Assembly: GCA_041659825.1 (NCBI GenBank) | Contig: JBAZXL010000009.1 | Location: 39,455-103,454 of the forward strand | Source of the DNA: Hyphomicrobium sp. | GTDB lineage: Bacteria; Pseudomonadota; Alphaproteobacteria; Rhizobiales; Hyphomicrobiaceae | Length of the DNA: 64,000 nt | Direction: 5' to 3' | Shown: piece after piece, positions 8,397 to 17,268 of the stretch | How the letters are laid out: every line of letters starts with the position of its first letter | Position numbering within the stretch: position 1 is the stretch's first letter | The notes under the pieces: model-generated | Seen by the model: the letters and a program-made list of their open reading frames with translations, nothing else | Told to the model about the DNA's origin: nothing | Databases searched by the model: none | Position numbers and translations under genes: made by a program

Positions 8397-9089
8397 TTAC
8401 AAAGTCGCTGGTGTGCGTTTTGATGCGACGTCAGCAGTTAAATCCGCGCCGTCGCTCAGGTTGTTTTGAAGGGCTTCGAGCTGTTCCGGGGTCGTATCGG
8501 CATAATCATGTTCGCCGCTGTCTAACCCGCAGGCGGTGAGCGCGTCTTGGGCTGCGTCGATCAGCGAGATGAATCCATCGTCAGATTTATCCCAATCGGC
8601 AGTGAGAGCCTCGATACAGCACACGATTGTGAGTTTCAGGGCATTGGCCAGGATGGCGATGTGCAGCGGGGTTTGGGGCTGGGGTGATGTGTCGGTTTCA
8701 TCGGGAAGTCCAAGTGCGGCGCTGATCCAGGCCATGGCGCTGCAGATGTTGCTCCATTCTTCGTTGTACGTTGGATCGTGCTCCGGAATGCAGTCTTCGC
8801 GGTAGCCCTGCAGGGCATCCCATACGGTATTTAGCCACGATGCCGGATCATGCGCATGGAGCGTGGCTTGCGGCGGGCTGGGGTGTTTGGCCAGGGACAG
8901 GGGAAGCGTATTCAGGTCTTCGCATAGTTCATCGATTTCATTTTCGGAGAGCGGATCAACGGTGTCGGCCTCGGTGGCGATATCGAGGATTTCGGTATCG
9001 ATGTTGGCGCGGGGGAGGTCGGCCTGGTAGTGACGCAGCGCTGCGAGGATGGTGAAGAGGGTGCGCTTCTCTATGTTCTTTTGGGTCAT
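8397..9089 (-). CDS. Hypothetical multi-module protein (230 aa)
   Basis: RBS AAAGGA before ATG9089 (MTQKN). The track's upstream extension is low-complexity and unlikely to be coding. Confidence 0.65.
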   Translation of the reverse strand: MTQKNIEKRTLFTILAALRHYQADLPRANIDTEILDIATEADTVDPLSENEIDELCEDLNTLPLSLAKHPSPPQATLHAHDPASWLNTVWDALQGYREDCIPEHDPTYNEEWSNICSAMAWISAALGLPDETDTSPQPQTPLHIAILANALKLTIVCCIEALTADWDKSDDGFISLIDAAQDALTACGLDSGEHDYADTTPEQLEALQNNLSDGADLTADVASKRTPATL

Positions 9090-9282
9090 GAAGAGTCCTT
9101 TCCGGCGCGGACTCTTATCTATTGGTCCGGCCTTTCGCCCGGACCCTGGGCGGCTCTTTCTCTTTGCGGGGGTCGTGGATCTGTCGTTGGATTTGCAGCT
9201 GCCAATTATTGTCGAAGGCAGGCTTGGAGCGGCGCGAGCCGAGGCGGGCGTGTTGGGATTGATGACAGCGGATGTGTGGGGT

Positions 9283-10053
9283 TTATGGAACGATGCCCGG
9301 CTGGTCTTGCGGCTTGAATTCGAACTTTTGCGGCTCGGGTGTCGGCATGTTGGTGAGAACATCCGTAGCGCGCTCAACGTGGCTTGCCAGCGCCCTGGCG
9401 CGATCGGGTGTGGCCTCGATGGCCTTGTCAGCGAGTAAGTGGCGCGCGGCTTCGGTGATGGATGGATCGGGTTCGGCGTCGCCACGGGCGCGGCTGGTGA
9501 GAATCATGAAATCGAGGGTTTCCTCCTTGCTGACTTTGCCGTCGGCGCTGGCGTCGGCGAGGAATCGGATGAAGGAGGCGCGATCGTCAGGGCTGAGGAG
9601 CGGCACGTCAAATTCGTTTGCGAAGGGCCCTTCCAGGGCGGAGCCTTCGGTTCTCAGAATATCGCGCAATACGCTAAGGGGATTGGCCGGTGCTTGGATA
9701 TCGAGGGGATAGTTGTCGAAATCCCTGTCCAGTGCGCCCAGGATCGTTGCGGAGAGGATGCTGCGGTCGAGATTGGACAATTGCGGAAGAATATTTCGCG
9801 GGGTCAGGGTCTGTCCGGGCTGCAATGTGATGACCTGATCCTCAAGCGTATAGGGCAGGTATTTGACGACGGGGGCAAACGGCTGGGCGGAGAAGTCCTG
9901 GCTCAACTTTTCCAGAATGGCGTCTTTGGTGATGCGTACATGGGTGGTTTGGCCGGGGGCTGGCAGCGGAATATTTTTCAGGGACTGCACGTCGGAGAGG
10001 CTTTCGATCGTGTATGTCGTCGCGGAATTAAATTCGTTTTTTGGATCATGCAT
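9283..10053 (-). CDS. Hypothetical protein (256 aa) with one EF-hand-like loop
   Basis: ATG10053 follows an AT-rich promoter; DASADGKVSKEE fits the 12-residue EF-hand loop pattern. Confidence 0.6.
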   Translation of the reverse strand: MHDPKNEFNSATTYTIESLSDVQSLKNIPLPAPGQTTHVRITKDAILEKLSQDFSAQPFAPVVKYLPYTLEDQVITLQPGQTLTPRNILPQLSNLDRSILSATILGALDRDFDNYPLDIQAPANPLSVLRDILRTEGSALEGPFANEFDVPLLSPDDRASFIRFLADASADGKVSKEETLDFMILTSRARGDAEPDPSITEAARHLLADKAIEATPDRARALASHVERATDVLTNMPTPEPQKFEFKPQDQPGIVP

Positions 10054-10072
10054 TTTTTGTCTCTTGTCTGTA

Positions 10073-10101
10073 AATATATTTGTTATAAAAAATGATGCTA
10101 A
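10073..10101 (-). promoter_or_regulatory. Sigma70-like promoter
   Basis: Minus strand TTAGCA-N17-TATATT within an AT-rich tract at 10054-10160. Confidence 0.45.
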
Positions 10102-10193
10102 CACTTTATTCCATAAGAATTGTTTAATCATAAATAATTGAATTTCGATTTTGCTTTCGAATGGTTGTTTCCGGCAGATTTTCGAAGCGGGCA

Positions 10194-10452
10194 TCAGTGC
10201 AGCGCGTGGCGCGGCGTGAAGGCATTGCCGAGCTTTCCGGATGCCGACGATATCGTGCCAGAAACTTACCGGATCGGCGGCCAGGAGGGCATCAAGCGCG
10301 AGCGGCGTTCCGTTGCAGTGGGTGAGGATGATCTCGATCATGGCGGTCATTTTGTTGACATAGGGCGAGAGTTCGGGGTCTTCCATGATGCGCTGGGCGA
10401 TTTTGTCGATGAGGGCGGTTTCCTCAGGCGTGGTGCGGGCGAAGAAGGTCAC
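10194..10452 (-). pseudogene. DUF6874-like gene frameshifted by a small deletion near 10237-10241
   Basis: GTG10452 with RBS AGAAAGGA; THCNGTPLALDALLAAD..WHDIVGI. The expected ending GKLGNAFTPRHALH-stop (TGA 10194) lies in another frame. Confidence 0.55.
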
Positions 10453-10763
10453 GGGGCTTTCCTTTCTGCTCTGATACTGCGGGCGGTGCGTTGTCTGCAC
10501 GTAAGCTGGCTCTCTGCGGAAAATTGGAGAGGAAGGGCGTTTCGGCCATGCGATCGTGACCCGGATGGGCGGAGACGCCGCGGGCGGCTCCGTCGCGACG
10601 CCTTGGGCGAGCGATAGAGCGCGGTCGCCCCCGGCAGGGGGGCGAGGCCGGAATACTGATCTTGTCCTGAGATATGGAAGATATCGTTAGAAGGCTGAGA
10701 TGGACCAAACGGGCGTGATAGGGACACGCCACGGCAACGCTTTCCACTAAGGCCCTCGGTTGC

Positions 10764-11036
10764 GTGGAGGAGTTCAGCCTTGAAGCGCTGGCAGCAGCTC
10801 CAAATCCCACGCTGACCATGGGCGAGCTAATCTGCGGTTATCAAGCTTGGCGCAAGCAGTGCCGCTGCGAGCCCATGTCTGAAGAGGCGTTCACAGAGTC
10901 TTTCAATGCTCTGGCCCGAGCGATTGACTTGCCGTACGATCAAAGAGCGTATCGTGGTCTAACGATCAAGCACAAGCTTGCGCAGCACGGGGCTCGGGCA
11001 TGTCATACTCAGAAGTGTTCTTCCGCGAGAGCGTGA
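10764..11036 (+). CDS. Small protein or remnant resembling the C-terminal winged helix of P4/D5-type primases
   Basis: GYQAWRK..EPMSEEAF...YRGLTI pattern; no clear RBS. Confidence 0.3.
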   Translation: MEEFSLEALAAAPNPTLTMGELICGYQAWRKQCRCEPMSEEAFTESFNALARAIDLPYDQRAYRGLTIKHKLAQHGARACHTQKCSSARA

Positions 11037-11257
11037 CTGACGAACACGGCAACAAGTTCGAATGCCTTGGCGTGATAACTTATAAGAAAGTCAGGGGCGC
11101 AAAGATTGCCGTCTCGGTACAACGGGGCGATGAGGATGATCATGGGGTTCGAATCGAAGTTGGCCTTAGCAAGCTGGGAGGCAGCGAGTTCGACTACCTC
11201 AACATAATCGCTGGTTCAGCTTATGCATATTGCATTGCCAAGAAGCTTTGGCCTTAG
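11000..11257 (+). CDS. Hypothetical protein (85 aa)
   Basis: Natural globular composition; lower GC than the flanks. Confidence 0.5.
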   Translation: MSYSEVFFRESVTDEHGNKFECLGVITYKKVRGAKIAVSVQRGDEDDHGVRIEVGLSKLGGSEFDYLNIIAGSAYAYCIAKKLWP

Positions 11258-11631
11258 CCAATAGCAGTTAGGCGCGAAACTCCATCGCAGACCATAGACA
11301 GTGTTGCCCCAATGGCAGGAGCGGACGCAACAACCGCGCCAGCAAGAAGATTGAAAGGCATTACGATAATGGCCCCTGCAGCGGCTATTTTTATGAACCT
11401 AGGGTTGGTGGCATCCCTCAGATAGCCTTCTGCGTACTCTTTAAATAAATGGCTGATGCGTCGACGATCCAATTTTTGTTCCACTTCCAATGAAGACAAC
11501 GATACAAAAACTTTACTAGCAAAGTCAATAAGCAAGATTACCGATCCAAATCCCAGTCGCGGCCTCGCCGCGGCTCCTTTATGCCGTGCTTTCGTCAGCG
11601 GAATGGATAGTGGCGGAGAGCAGGTGCTCAC
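11254..11631 (-). CDS. Possible small membrane protein (start uncertain)
   Basis: Lower-GC ORF with a hydrophobic C-terminal hairpin; convergent 4-nt overlap with the previous gene. Confidence 0.35.
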   Translation of the reverse strand: MSTCSPPLSIPLTKARHKGAAARPRLGFGSVILLIDFASKVFVSLSSLEVEQKLDRRRISHLFKEYAEGYLRDATNPRFIKIAAAGAIIVMPFNLLAGAVVASAPAIGATLSMVCDGVSRLTAIG

Positions 11632-12082
11632 GTTTGATCAGGTAGCGCCCGCGATCGGCAACGTCGATGGCCGTGCAGCTCACCTCACCGAGCGGTTCGA
11701 CGATGCGCAAGCGCTTGCCGAGGATCGTGAACTCGGTGCCGACCGGATAATCGGGCATGGCGTCGAGCTCGGTATAGCGCTTGACCGCGCGGGCGCGCCG
11801 GGAGGCGGCGATGTCTGAGGGCGGCACGGGGCAATTGGTCAGGATGCGGCTGAAAAAGGCGCGCGGCGGGATTTCCGGAAAACCCATCTGCTCGCGGGCG
11901 ATGAGATAGTGCATGTCGCGGGGAGAGCGACCGCGGCTAGTCTGGCAGAGAAGGGCGTAGGGCGCGGCGGCAGGGTCTTGCTCTTTGACGATTGCCCAAT
12001 AGGAGCCGTTCTCAAGCATATCCGTGATCACGGACAGGCCCTGTGCGGCGAGGATGGAACGTACCAGCGGGCGGGTGTCCAT
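11579..12082 (-). CDS. Divergent DUF6927-like protein (start uncertain)
   Basis: GSYWAIVK..YALLCQT..REQMG..ILTNCP..IAASRRARA parallels the 12695..13126 protein. Confidence 0.5.
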   Translation of the reverse strand: MDTRPLVRSILAAQGLSVITDMLENGSYWAIVKEQDPAAAPYALLCQTSRGRSPRDMHYLIAREQMGFPEIPPRAFFSRILTNCPVPPSDIAASRRARAVKRYTELDAMPDYPVGTEFTILGKRLRIVEPLGEVSCTAIDVADRGRYLIKREHLLSATIHSADESTA

Positions 12083-12165
12083 GCCTTTGGGCCTCAGAAT
12101 GCAGGGCCAGTTTTTCGGGGACGGCCGAGGAGGGGGTTTGGTGGTGGCTATGAAGAACCGTTCTG

Positions 12166-12369
12166 TCAGCGGTTGATGGACGATCCGGAGAGGTAGTGTT
12201 CGCGGCCGGGCACGGTGCAAAGGGTGCGCCCCCAAAAGGAACAGTGCTGCCAGTCGGCGATACGGGCTTCGATGACGGTGATCTCATAGCGGCCAGGCGA
12301 AACGCGCTTGCCGTCGATGTAATACCGGGCGGGCTTGCGGCCGCCGTAGCTGTGTTTGATGAAGTTCAT
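12166..12369 (-). CDS. Hypothetical protein (67 aa)
   Basis: RBS GAGGAGG; 4-nt overlap with the upstream gene. Confidence 0.55.
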   Translation of the reverse strand: MNFIKHSYGGRKPARYYIDGKRVSPGRYEITVIEARIADWQHCSFWGRTLCTVPGREHYLSGSSINR

Positions 12370-12698
12370 GGGGCCTCCTCGGGCGTGCTGGGCTCAAGGC
12401 GCTGGAGCCTGTTGTTGATGGCCACGATCAGCGGCGTATGCGGCGCATCTGCGCGCCGGCCGCGGCAGGGATGACGGAAGTCGCCGGAGGTCAGCAAATC
12501 CTTGACGCTCCGGAGGAGAGCGGCACTGGAGCAGGCGTCGATATAGGCGGCCGAAAGCGCGATGACGTGGCATTCGATTTGAAGATGGCGCAGGCGCGAA
12601 GCCGGCCGGGCGTTGATCGCCAGAGCGGCATCCTGCCAACCACCCAGGGAATTCCAAGACAGGCGCGTATGCGGTGTTGAGCGGCGGGGGAGGGTCAT
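12366..12698 (-). CDS. Hypothetical protein (110 aa)
   Basis: RBS GAGGGAGG before ATG12698; ATGA coupling to both neighbours. Confidence 0.55.
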   Translation of the reverse strand: MTLPRRSTPHTRLSWNSLGGWQDAALAINARPASRLRHLQIECHVIALSAAYIDACSSAALLRSVKDLLTSGDFRHPCRGRRADAPHTPLIVAINNRLQRLEPSTPEEAP

Positions 12699-13126
12699 GG
12701 GGCCTCCCTCATTCCGGCTGCGGCGCTGGCTTTGCGGAGGAAGGGAATGCCGTGCGCTTGGCGGAAGGCGATGGCATCGCCTTCGGCGTAAGGGATGTAG
12801 CGGAAGATGGTGCGGACCATGACCAAGCAGGGCGTATCCTCGAGCAGCGGGCCCATCTGCTCGGTCATCTCCTTGTAGCCGAATTGCCCGTCTCTTGTGT
12901 CGATGCTGTCGGTACGCAGGAAGACGGTATAGGGCGTTTGCATGCGCTGATCGGAATGCGCCGCATAGAGCCCGATGATTGCGTACCAGGTGCGGGGGTG
13001 CCATTCGTGCATGATGATACGTGCGGTCGTGCCGGGGCCGTATTGGGCGGCATCGCGCACGTGGTTGATCTTGGCTTGTTCAAGCGAGAGACCGGCGCGG
13101 GCGAGGTCCAGATAGATCCATCCCAT
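12695..13126 (-). CDS. DUF6927-like protein
   Basis: MGW start, WYAII, FGYKEMTEQMGP motif; RBS AAGGAG. Confidence 0.7.
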   Translation of the reverse strand: MGWIYLDLARAGLSLEQAKINHVRDAAQYGPGTTARIIMHEWHPRTWYAIIGLYAAHSDQRMQTPYTVFLRTDSIDTRDGQFGYKEMTEQMGPLLEDTPCLVMVRTIFRYIPYAEGDAIAFRQAHGIPFLRKASAAAGMREAP

Positions 13127-13217
13127 GGAACGCTCCTTGGTTCGGGTTGAGGGGAGCTGAGTGCGCGCTTTCTCTGGCGGCGCAGCCGGCTTGCCCGGCC
13201 GGCGCACATCTCTTCCT

Positions 13218-13451
13218 TTAAATGTCGTGGGTGTTTTCGCGGTCATCCTCGGGGCGTAGGGGAAGGGCCTCGCCGATCAGGGCGATGGCAACGCCGAGGG
13301 CGCACAGGGTTGCCGCGAAATCGAAATCGTGGACGGCCTGGGCCGTGTTGGCGATGGCGACGTGATAGAGCGCGATCAGGATGACCAGCAGCGCAAAGAG
13401 TGAAGTGTAGCGCAGCTCACCGGAGTCAATGCCCAAAAAGATCGGGCGCAT
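13218..13451 (-). CDS. Small two-TM membrane protein (77 aa)
   Basis: Two hydrophobic segments; overlaps the upstream small ORF. Confidence 0.5.
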   Translation of the reverse strand: MRPIFLGIDSGELRYTSLFALLVILIALYHVAIANTAQAVHDFDFAATLCALGVAIALIGEALPLRPEDDRENTHDI

Positions 13452-13623
13452 CGAAGGTGCGGTGGCAGACGGCGCTTGGTGCCAGCAGCAGTGCGGCCCC
13501 TAACGCGGCGGCGGCCCATGGAGGGGCACGATCAAAAACCGGGCCGAGCACTGCAAAGCCTGCGGCCGGGGCGTAGGAGATGATGACGGCAAGGTATGCG
13601 AGAGCGTTGAAAAAGCGGTGCAT
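13426..13623 (-). CDS. Small two-TM membrane protein (65 aa)
   Basis: Two hydrophobic segments; RBS GAGGA. Confidence 0.5.
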   Translation of the reverse strand: MHRFFNALAYLAVIISYAPAAGFAVLGPVFDRAPPWAAAALGAALLLAPSAVCHRTFDAPDLFGH

Positions 13624-13695
13624 GCGGTCCTCGGCGGCAAAGCTGCGGCGTCAGACCGTTTTGTTGATCAAGCGGGGGCCGATTTTAAAGGGGCG

Positions 13696-14106
13696 CTAGT
13701 AAATTGCTTCGGTGATGGAAAGGTCTTGGCCGAATTCTTCGCGCGCGCGGTCGTAGATGTCGCGAAGCGAGATTGAGACGGTGCGGCCGTCGGCATGGAC
13801 GGCGGTAGCAAAGCCGGTGATGAAGCGCAGCTTTTCGTGGCCGGATTGCATGAGAATGGCGACATCGCGCGGATCGAGATGGGGCGCGAGCTCCTGATGG
13901 ATGTCGATTTCCTCATCGCTCTCGGGATGGAAAGAGGGCCAGCAGCCGGTATCGTCGTCTGAAGGGGTGATGGCGAAGAAGGACTCCGGGCCGTCTTCGT
14001 CGGGCTGGATGATGTCGAGATTGAGCCTGTTGCACCATCGGCGGAACGCCTTGGGATTCTTGACGCGGAAATAGTTGCTGCGGGCAGCGGCGGTGTAATT
14101 AGCCAT
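13696..14106 (-). CDS. Hypothetical mobile-element protein (136 aa)
   Basis: MANYTAAARSNYFRVK...GHEKLRFITG; RBS AAAGGA; overlaps the upstream gene. Confidence 0.7.
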   Translation of the reverse strand: MANYTAAARSNYFRVKNPKAFRRWCNRLNLDIIQPDEDGPESFFAITPSDDDTGCWPSFHPESDEEIDIHQELAPHLDPRDVAILMQSGHEKLRFITGFATAVHADGRTVSISLRDIYDRAREEFGQDLSITEAIY

Positions 14107-14764
14107 TGGTGTCGGGGTCCTTTTCTGGTTCGGGTTTTGTGTCGGTAAGGTCGTCATCGAAAGCGTAAGTCGAGGCCACGGGCTCATTGGAGGCGTGAAG
14201 CGGGTAGATATCCGCGACGATGCCTTCGGTTTCGCGCTTGATGGAAACGGTGGCGATACCGGCAACATCGACAATGAGATAGGTGTCGTCCGAAGCTTCG
14301 TGATCGACCTGGAAGGTGCTTTGCTGGGTGATTACGGCGGGAAGCGCAGGGATTGGAACCGGGATTTTTTGGTCGACTTCATACGTATCGAACGGCGCGC
14401 CGGTGGCTTCGATAAGCTCATCGTCGTCTAATCTGGCAAGGCGGTGATAGAGGGCGTTGCGGATCTGCTGCGCGGTGAGGTCTTCGCCAGAGGGATGTTC
14501 CGAGCGGAGCGAAAAGGCGATTGTCATGGCATGATCGTAGAGCGGCGTTGGCTCTTGCGTGTCGTAGATCTGGGCTTCTTCCTCGACATCGATCACCTCG
14601 CCCGGTTGCGAGATTGCGAAGGGCAAAGCGCCATAGCGCAGCTCGAGGTGGGCTTGCAGGTCGGCAAGGGTCTGCTCGGCAACGTGCTGGGCCGAAGCGG
14701 ATGCATCGGCATAGCCTTTGAAGCGCAAGGTGATCCAGAGTTCTTGGGTTTGCGGGTCTGTCAT
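14099..14764 (-). CDS. Hypothetical acidic multi-module protein (221 aa)
   Basis: RBS AGGAGG; operon context. Confidence 0.65.
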   Translation of the reverse strand: MTDPQTQELWITLRFKGYADASASAQHVAEQTLADLQAHLELRYGALPFAISQPGEVIDVEEEAQIYDTQEPTPLYDHAMTIAFSLRSEHPSGEDLTAQQIRNALYHRLARLDDDELIEATGAPFDTYEVDQKIPVPIPALPAVITQQSTFQVDHEASDDTYLIVDVAGIATVSIKRETEGIVADIYPLHASNEPVASTYAFDDDLTDTKPEPEKDPDTNG

Positions 14765-14773
14765 GGTCGCCTC

Positions 14774-15019
14774 CTAGCTGCGCTGCTTGGCTGAAGGCGG
14801 GGAGAGCACGCCCTTTTTGATCAGGCGGGTGATTTCGCGCCGGTCTTGCATGGCGATCTGCATGTGCTGGATGAGCTTTGTCATCTGGCCGAGGGCATCG
14901 GTGTCGTTTCCGGACAGGAACAGGCCGTGGATATGGTGGGCGGCTATACCTGCGTGCAGCAGTTCGGTGGTCGGGGAATGGGTTCGTCGGTAGAGGGAGG
15001 TTCGGGGTGTGGCGGTCAT
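14774..15019 (-). CDS. Hypothetical protein (about 81 aa)
   Basis: Operon context; RBS AAGGAG upstream; start uncertain (15019 or 15037). Confidence 0.55.
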   Translation of the reverse strand: MTATPRTSLYRRTHSPTTELLHAGIAAHHIHGLFLSGNDTDALGQMTKLIQHMQIAMQDRREITRLIKKGVLSPPSAKQRS

Positions 15020-15058
15020 GATGGGTGCTGAAAGCAATCTCCTTTTCGGTTGGCTGGT

Positions 15059-15113
15059 GAAAGAAAAGCCCCGCGCCTCAGAGTGTGTGGGGATAGGGAT
15101 TGAGGCGCGGGGC
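15059..15113 (-). terminator. Intrinsic terminator after parB
   Basis: 13-bp IR GCCCCGCGCCTCA/TGAGGCGCGGGGC with a 20-nt loop, then TTTTCTTT on the minus strand. Confidence 0.7.
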
Positions 15114-15120
15114 GTTCCGG

Positions 15121-17268
15121 CTAGGCGGCAGGCGGGGGGGAAGCGCCGTTGAGGCCACCTTTCAGGAATGCGGGTATTTGGGTGTTTTTGGCCTCGGTCG
15201 GTGTGTCCTCGGCAGCGGCATCGGTCTCAGGCTCCGGCATGACGGTGAACGGGGCGCGCAGCAAAGGCGGGAGCCAGTTGGTCTCCTTGATGATGCGCTC
15301 GGCTTCGGCGGCCATCACGCCTTTCTTGAGGTGATCGATCAGGGCAGCCTTGGCGGGGACGGCCTCCTTCACAGCCTGGATGATCTGCTCCTTGTTGATG
15401 CGCCCGAAGTAGTTGGCCGCGGTGGAGATCCATCCGGTCTGCGCCATGTCGAGCTGGACGGCTTCGGCCAGCTGGTCGGAATGCAGCGCCGAGGAGGAGC
15501 GGGCCTGATTGCCATGGACCGCATCGAGGGTCAGGCTGACGCAGTGCGAGAAAAGATCGCCGCGTTCCTCGTTGGAAAGCAGGTTGAGGGCATTCCACAG
15601 CGCGTCCGAATTTTCCGGCAGACGGTCGCGCCAATGCTGGTGGCGCTGGGTGATCTGCTTTTGCGGTTCGAACTCATCCAGACCCTGAACGCCGCGGAAC
15701 TCGGTCATCGTGGGCGCGATCTTGGCGCACGCTTTGTGTGAGTCCGTGCTTTGGTGGAACTGGCCGCGCCGGTAGAAGAGCGAGAGGCAGAAGGCGTGCA
15801 GGGCGGCCAGGAAGGATGTGTTGAAGTCCTGGGCCATGGCGTTCTGCAGCGCGACCGTGCGGTAGGAGGTAAGATCGCGCGTCAGGCTGTCGGAGAGCAG
15901 CTTTCCGGCGATGTTGGCGCCGGGATTGTTGTCGGCGCGGACGTAATCGGCGCTGTCATCGTCATCCTCCTCTTCGCCGGTTACGTCAGCATCCGTGCTG
16001 AGATCGTCCTCGTTGCCATCAGCGCTTGATGATTTGGATGCAGTTTTTTTCGCCTGCTTGACGTCTTCGGGCTTTAGGAACCCGTATTCGATGCTGAGAT
16101 CGCCATCGCTATCGATGCTGATGAGAACGCCGGAACGGGCGATCTGCTTGGGCGACATGCGGGGCGGGCGGTTCTGCAGGTCGATCAGGGTGTTGCGGAT
16201 CTTTTCGAGCCGGGCCGCCTTGCGCGCTGAGGGTTCCTCGCCGGTATTTTCGATCTCCTCGATCAGAGCGTCGTGCTCGGCGTGAAGCTGCTCTGCCTGC
16301 GCGGCCTCCTCCTTGGTTAGGGAGGAAGGAAGGTTGGGGATGGTGGCCAGGTTGCGCTTCAGGTCCCAGATATTGGTGCCGATGAAGCAGATTTCGGCCC
16401 ATTTGTAACCCTTGGCCAGGATGTCGTCGCGCACGGCTTCGAGCTTGGCGATGGCGAGTTGGTCGAGCAGGATGGGATCCTGCAGCCAGGGGCCGCTTTC
16501 CTCCTTGAAAAGGTCCTGCATGAGGGTGCCGCCCGCGTCCTTGTAGGCCTCGAGCCCTACGAAACGGGCGCGCGGGTCGTCGGCTTCGATCGAATCTTCG
16601 GTCAGCGTTTTCCTGATGTCATAGGCACCGTAGCGCTGGCCGCCCTTGATCAGCTTGAGGATGGAGTCCTGGCGCTTGTGGTCGTCGGTGACGCAAAAGG
16701 CCTGCAGCTGTTCGAGGCTGATCTCCTCGTCTTGGAAGGCTTTAAGCAGTTTGGGGCTGGCCTTGGCGAGCTTCAGGCGCTGTTGCACGAAGCGCTCGGT
16801 GACGTGATAGCGCTTGGCGATGGCGGCATCGGGGATGCCCTGTTCGGCGAGATCCTTGAAGGCCCTGAATTGATCGAGCGGGTGCAGCTGCTCGCGGAAG
16901 ATGTTTTCCGCGAGGCTGTCATCGGTGGCATTGCCGTCGTCCTTGACGATGCAGGGAATCGGCTCGTCGGGGGCGATGTGCTTGCGCTTGACCAGGATCT
17001 GCAGCGCCTTGAGGCGGCGGCCGCCGGCTTTGACGCCAAAACGCCCGGTCGGCTTGCCGTCGGCATCGGTGGCGGTGCGCACGTTGAGGGATTGGATCAG
17101 GGAGCGCTCGGCGATGTCATCGGCCAGGATTTCGATGGTCACGCCGTTCTTGATCTGGCGGACATTGGCCTCATCGACATCGAGCAGATTGAGCGGGATC
17201 ATGCGGCTGGGATAAATCTGCACGGTCTCGGGGGCGGGGCTGGCGGTTTTGGTCTTGGGTTTGGTCAT
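15121..17268 (-). CDS. parB: Long ParB/RepB/Spo0J-family protein (715 aa) of mobile elements
   Basis: SLIQSLNV, AGGRRLKAL (GxxR CTP-binding box), ENIFREQLHPLDQFRAF, HTH region; acidic linker and C-terminal domain. Confidence 0.9.
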   Translation of the reverse strand: MTKPKTKTASPAPETVQIYPSRMIPLNLLDVDEANVRQIKNGVTIEILADDIAERSLIQSLNVRTATDADGKPTGRFGVKAGGRRLKALQILVKRKHIAPDEPIPCIVKDDGNATDDSLAENIFREQLHPLDQFRAFKDLAEQGIPDAAIAKRYHVTERFVQQRLKLAKASPKLLKAFQDEEISLEQLQAFCVTDDHKRQDSILKLIKGGQRYGAYDIRKTLTEDSIEADDPRARFVGLEAYKDAGGTLMQDLFKEESGPWLQDPILLDQLAIAKLEAVRDDILAKGYKWAEICFIGTNIWDLKRNLATIPNLPSSLTKEEAAQAEQLHAEHDALIEEIENTGEEPSARKAARLEKIRNTLIDLQNRPPRMSPKQIARSGVLISIDSDGDLSIEYGFLKPEDVKQAKKTASKSSSADGNEDDLSTDADVTGEEEDDDDSADYVRADNNPGANIAGKLLSDSLTRDLTSYRTVALQNAMAQDFNTSFLAALHAFCLSLFYRRGQFHQSTDSHKACAKIAPTMTEFRGVQGLDEFEPQKQITQRHQHWRDRLPENSDALWNALNLLSNEERGDLFSHCVSLTLDAVHGNQARSSSALHSDQLAEAVQLDMAQTGWISTAANYFGRINKEQIIQAVKEAVPAKAALIDHLKKGVMAAEAERIIKETNWLPPLLRAPFTVMPEPETDAAAEDTPTEAKNTQIPAFLKGGLNGASPPPAA

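Noticed and set aside
9283-10500. 405-aa ORF as one native gene
   Set aside because: It crosses an AT-rich promoter and joins a frameshifted DUF6874 to a separately promoted gene; treated as two loci.
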